Source: an uncultured Geobacter sp. (lineage in GTDB: Bacteria; Desulfobacterota; Desulfuromonadia; Geobacterales; CAIOGM01). Taken from it: a stretch of DNA of 64,000 nucleotides. The translations under genes were made by a program, and so were the position numbers. Under the pieces are notes generated by a model that saw only the letters and a program-made list of their open reading frames with translations, made no database searches and was not told the origin of the DNA. Shown piece after piece: positions 61,083 through 64,000 of this stretch (position 1 is its first letter; each line of letters begins with the position of its first letter). The DNA is taken from assembly GCA_903902855.1 (NCBI GenBank), contig CAIUWK010000056.1:2309-66308 (forward strand), read 5' to 3'.

Positions 61083-62204
61083 TCATGATGCGAAATGAAG
61101 GTTTAGAATGTTGAAAATATCCGAGGCTCTTTCATTCCAAGTATTTCGAAGCGCAAATTCTAAATACTTGTCTTGATGCATTTTTAAAGTTAATTTTCCA
61201 GCCAATAACTGCTCGACTAAATCATAATATTCTTCTCTCGACGTATATAAATGTACATAATCTATGAATTTCTCAGTTTCTTCATATTTGCATATAATAG
61301 AAGGCTTGAGACTGTATATATATTCATATAATTTAACCGGATTTACAGATAAAACTAGTTCATTTATCAAAAATGGCATCAGAAGAGCATCTGCACGGTC
61401 CATGATAGTAAATATGTATTTGTGCTCTACCGGTGGTATATAGACAATACGCTCATGCTGAGGAATAACCACATCTACCGGACCGATTAAAATATAGGTA
61501 ATACCGGTGTACCTCTTCACAGACTCCATAATGACGTCAAGATCGAGCCAGCTTGAGATCGTTCCCAAGTATAGTATTATTTTTGATTTGTTATTTGACA
61601 GTGTATATATTAATTTACGAGGGATCTTACTTTCATCATATATTTGATTATCATAAATGTTAATTGCATTATTTAACACATGCACGGCTTTGTCGATACT
61701 ATATCTTGATAATAATTTTTCTTTGAGGTGAAGTGAGGATGCAATTAATATATTACATCTCGCGATCAATTCTCCTTCACAAGACTCTATATATCTCCTC
61801 AGACTAGGATTATTGACTGCAAGTGGAAACTCCAATGCATCATCCATACAGTCATAAACAACTGTTATCTCATGAGACAGGCTATTCTTTATAACATCGT
61901 AAAGATCAGGATGCGTAACCCAGACAATATCATAGTCGGTCAATACACATGACAGCTGCCGTGCCAGCAACCATTTATTAATGTTTGCGATAATAGCGAT
62001 ACGCTTGAATGGCAGTACGAATAATTCTTTAAATTTTAAATCATATCCATTATCACAAATATCCTGCTCAGCATAACGGTAAGATTTATCAAAACATACG
62101 GTAACATCATAATTTTCAGTAAGATATTCAGCTATAAAATGAGGTCTCTGCTTTATCCAAGACCAGTGGACATGCATCATATACAGTATTTTTAATTTTC
62201 TCAT
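61083..62204 (-). CDS. GT-B (family 4-like) glycosyltransferase
   Basis: KQRPH, VYDCMDD, YLGTISSWLD, NPVKLYEY. Confidence 0.78.
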   Translation of the reverse strand: MRKLKILYMMHVHWSWIKQRPHFIAEYLTENYDVTVCFDKSYRYAEQDICDNGYDLKFKELFVLPFKRIAIIANINKWLLARQLSCVLTDYDIVWVTHPDLYDVIKNSLSHEITVVYDCMDDALEFPLAVNNPSLRRYIESCEGELIARCNILIASSLHLKEKLLSRYSIDKAVHVLNNAINIYDNQIYDESKIPRKLIYTLSNNKSKIILYLGTISSWLDLDVIMESVKRYTGITYILIGPVDVVIPQHERIVYIPPVEHKYIFTIMDRADALLMPFLINELVLSVNPVKLYEYIYSLKPSIICKYEETEKFIDYVHLYTSREEYYDLVEQLLAGKLTLKMHQDKYLEFALRNTWNERASDIFNILNLHFAS

Positions 62205-63490
62205 ATATTTTTACGAGATGCACGCCATGAACTGTCGGCTCGATTGAGCATATCATTGAAATCTTGTCGCACACGTTCGCCCAGTTCATTGCTTTTTTTA
62301 ATCTGCGTCAGACTAATAGAATCAATATTAGCTTTCAAACGCTCGAACATATTTATCAATTCACTGCTTCTTAGCTGTCTATCGTCAATACAATTAATTG
62401 CTAAACCATATTGAGACATAAATTCTTTAGTTTTTTGATGATAGACAATAGCTAGAATAGGTGTGCCCGTAATAAGTGCAATTATGACAGAGTGAGTCTT
62501 ATGTCCTATAAATACACGACACTTTGACACTTCTTCTATATGTTCGATCATTGATTCTCTTTCGGTATAGATACTACACATTTCAGGTTGTCTTGCCGCG
62601 CTCATAACAGCATCAATACAGGGTCGGTCATCCCCAGGTTCTTGCGACATCTGCATCGGAAAAAATATTACCCTGTACCCGGAATCAGTTATATGGTCTA
62701 CAGTAATGCTTAGTGCCTGAATATACTCTTCTTTTTTTTTATCTGTTCTATACTGAACACTATAAACCGATATTCCTACAATCGGAAATCTTTCAGATGG
62801 TTTTATAATATTATCAAGCATTACACTATAACCAAGAACGGTCTCGTAAGTACTAAAGGCTAAACTACTATCAAATCCAAGCATATTCAATTCTAGTAGA
62901 GAGTGTTTCTCTCGTACATATATGGCAGTCGATCTTGAGATAATGTTACGAACGAATAAACAATTATAATTATCAGCAAATACTAGAGGACCAATAGATT
63001 GCGACCAAAGATAGAGTGGCTTGCCTGCAAGTAACGCTAAGGCCATTTCAAAAGTTTGTGGTGACACAGCATCTGGCGAAAGAATGCTTGTTACGTGGTG
63101 ACCTCCGACACTTATAACGACATCAGAGGCCTTCAAAGCCCTGTAAAAACTTTTATTGCAAAAAAATGATAATATCTTCAGATTTTTATCATTTATCAGA
63201 CTTCTTCGAACTACAGAATAACTTCGCAGATAAAACTCGCGCCTGGCTCTTTGTATAACTCTACCTATAATTCCAGGGTGACGATTTCCGGCGACATTCC
63301 AACCCCAAGGTACAAATTGAATCGGTACCGCTTCTGGTAACCTAACACCTTGACTGCAAGTGGGTTCGTTTGCTGAAACGGTAATGCTTTTCACACCACA
63401 TGCTGCTAACTCATGCAGCATAAACTCCAATACAGCTTTGTCACCTTTATTTGTAGAACAATGATTTATAAGAAGGATATTCATAGACAA
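62201..63490 (-). CDS. Polysaccharide pyruvyl transferase (WcaK-like)
   Basis: NKGDKA, VGGH, QSIGP, YVRE, GHKTHS. Confidence 0.8.
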   Translation of the reverse strand: MSMNILLINHCSTNKGDKAVLEFMLHELAACGVKSITVSANEPTCSQGVRLPEAVPIQFVPWGWNVAGNRHPGIIGRVIQRARREFYLRSYSVVRRSLINDKNLKILSFFCNKSFYRALKASDVVISVGGHHVTSILSPDAVSPQTFEMALALLAGKPLYLWSQSIGPLVFADNYNCLFVRNIISRSTAIYVREKHSLLELNMLGFDSSLAFSTYETVLGYSVMLDNIIKPSERFPIVGISVYSVQYRTDKKKEEYIQALSITVDHITDSGYRVIFFPMQMSQEPGDDRPCIDAVMSAARQPEMCSIYTERESMIEHIEEVSKCRVFIGHKTHSVIIALITGTPILAIVYHQKTKEFMSQYGLAINCIDDRQLRSSELINMFERLKANIDSISLTQIKKSNELGERVRQDFNDMLNRADSSWRASRKNI

Positions 63491-63497
63491 ATAAATT

Positions 63498-64000
63498 CTA
63501 CACGAATGTATACGTTAAATTATCAGACTTCCTCACTGGAAGTGGTGCTCCTTGTGCCGGATAACCAAGAACAGCGTTGGCAACTATACGGAAGTAGGAG
63601 GGAATTCCAAGAGTTTTTCTCAAGAGTTTAGCCTGCTCTTCAGTATGATGAGTCCAGTTAAGAAGGGTCATGCCTATACCCAGAGCATGCGCCGCCAGGC
63701 AACAGTTTTGAATGCCAAGAGCAGTGTCAAGAACTGGCAGCGTCATTTCGTGGGGCATATCATAAGGCCGCACATCTGCACAAAACGATATGAAACAGGG
63801 AATATTGTCGCTTGTGCACGTAGCACCGTTATTCACGCCAAGGCATATGCTTACGAGTTCAGGGTTATCCGCAATATAGACCCTTACTGTTTGTCGGTTG
63901 CAGCTTGCGGGTGCCCAATTGACTACTGAAACTATTTTTTCAATTTCGCTTCTTGGCACCGCGTGATTCGTAAAAATTCTCACCGATCTTCGCGTAACCA
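63498..64000 (-). CDS. Nitroreductase-family protein (N-terminus outside the window)
   Basis: Frame open to the window edge: VTRRSVRIF, WAPASCNRQ, AAHALGIG, LGYP. Confidence 0.82.
   Translation of the reverse strand, partial: VTRRSVRIFTNHAVPRSEIEKIVSVVNWAPASCNRQTVRVYIADNPELVSICLGVNNGATCTSDNIPCFISFCADVRPYDMPHEMTLPVLDTALGIQNCCLAAHALGIGMTLLNWTHHTEEQAKLLRKTLGIPSYFRIVANAVLGYPAQGAPLPVRKSDNLTYTFV

Overview
GC-rich bacterial chromosome segment that looks like Geobacteraceae/Desulfuromonadales (inferred from gene content, the glnK-amtB-kinase arrangement and the intergenic repeat families). 1-34 kb is mostly housekeeping: partial YegD-like Hsp70, PFK, PGM, SemiSWEET, lemA plus two TPM genes, arnT-B-C with a split arnA, U32 family, LysM-dprA-topA, RluA, nifU/nifS, trmJ-dedA-rsmA-tsaD, PIN-PhoH, cysteine desulfurase, xseA and an SDR. 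Between topA and rluA lies a sigma54-driven four-gene operon I cannot assign (Cys-rich protein, 37-aa peptide, two membrane proteins) with palindromic enhancer sites. 34-39.7 kb holds surface-glycan genes (wzi, wzx, FkbM, GT-C). 39.7-43.8 kb is a nitrogen module: porin-like gene, glnK, amtB and a sensor-less kinase, with two sigma54 promoters and an ANTAR-type leader. 45-64 kb is a minus-strand polysaccharide locus that turns AT-rich beyond about 53 kb. It is interrupted by two intact toxin-antitoxin pairs and one decayed pair, and stacks of REP-like periodic palindromes lie beside the intact pairs. All assignments come from reading motifs by eye; no searches were run.
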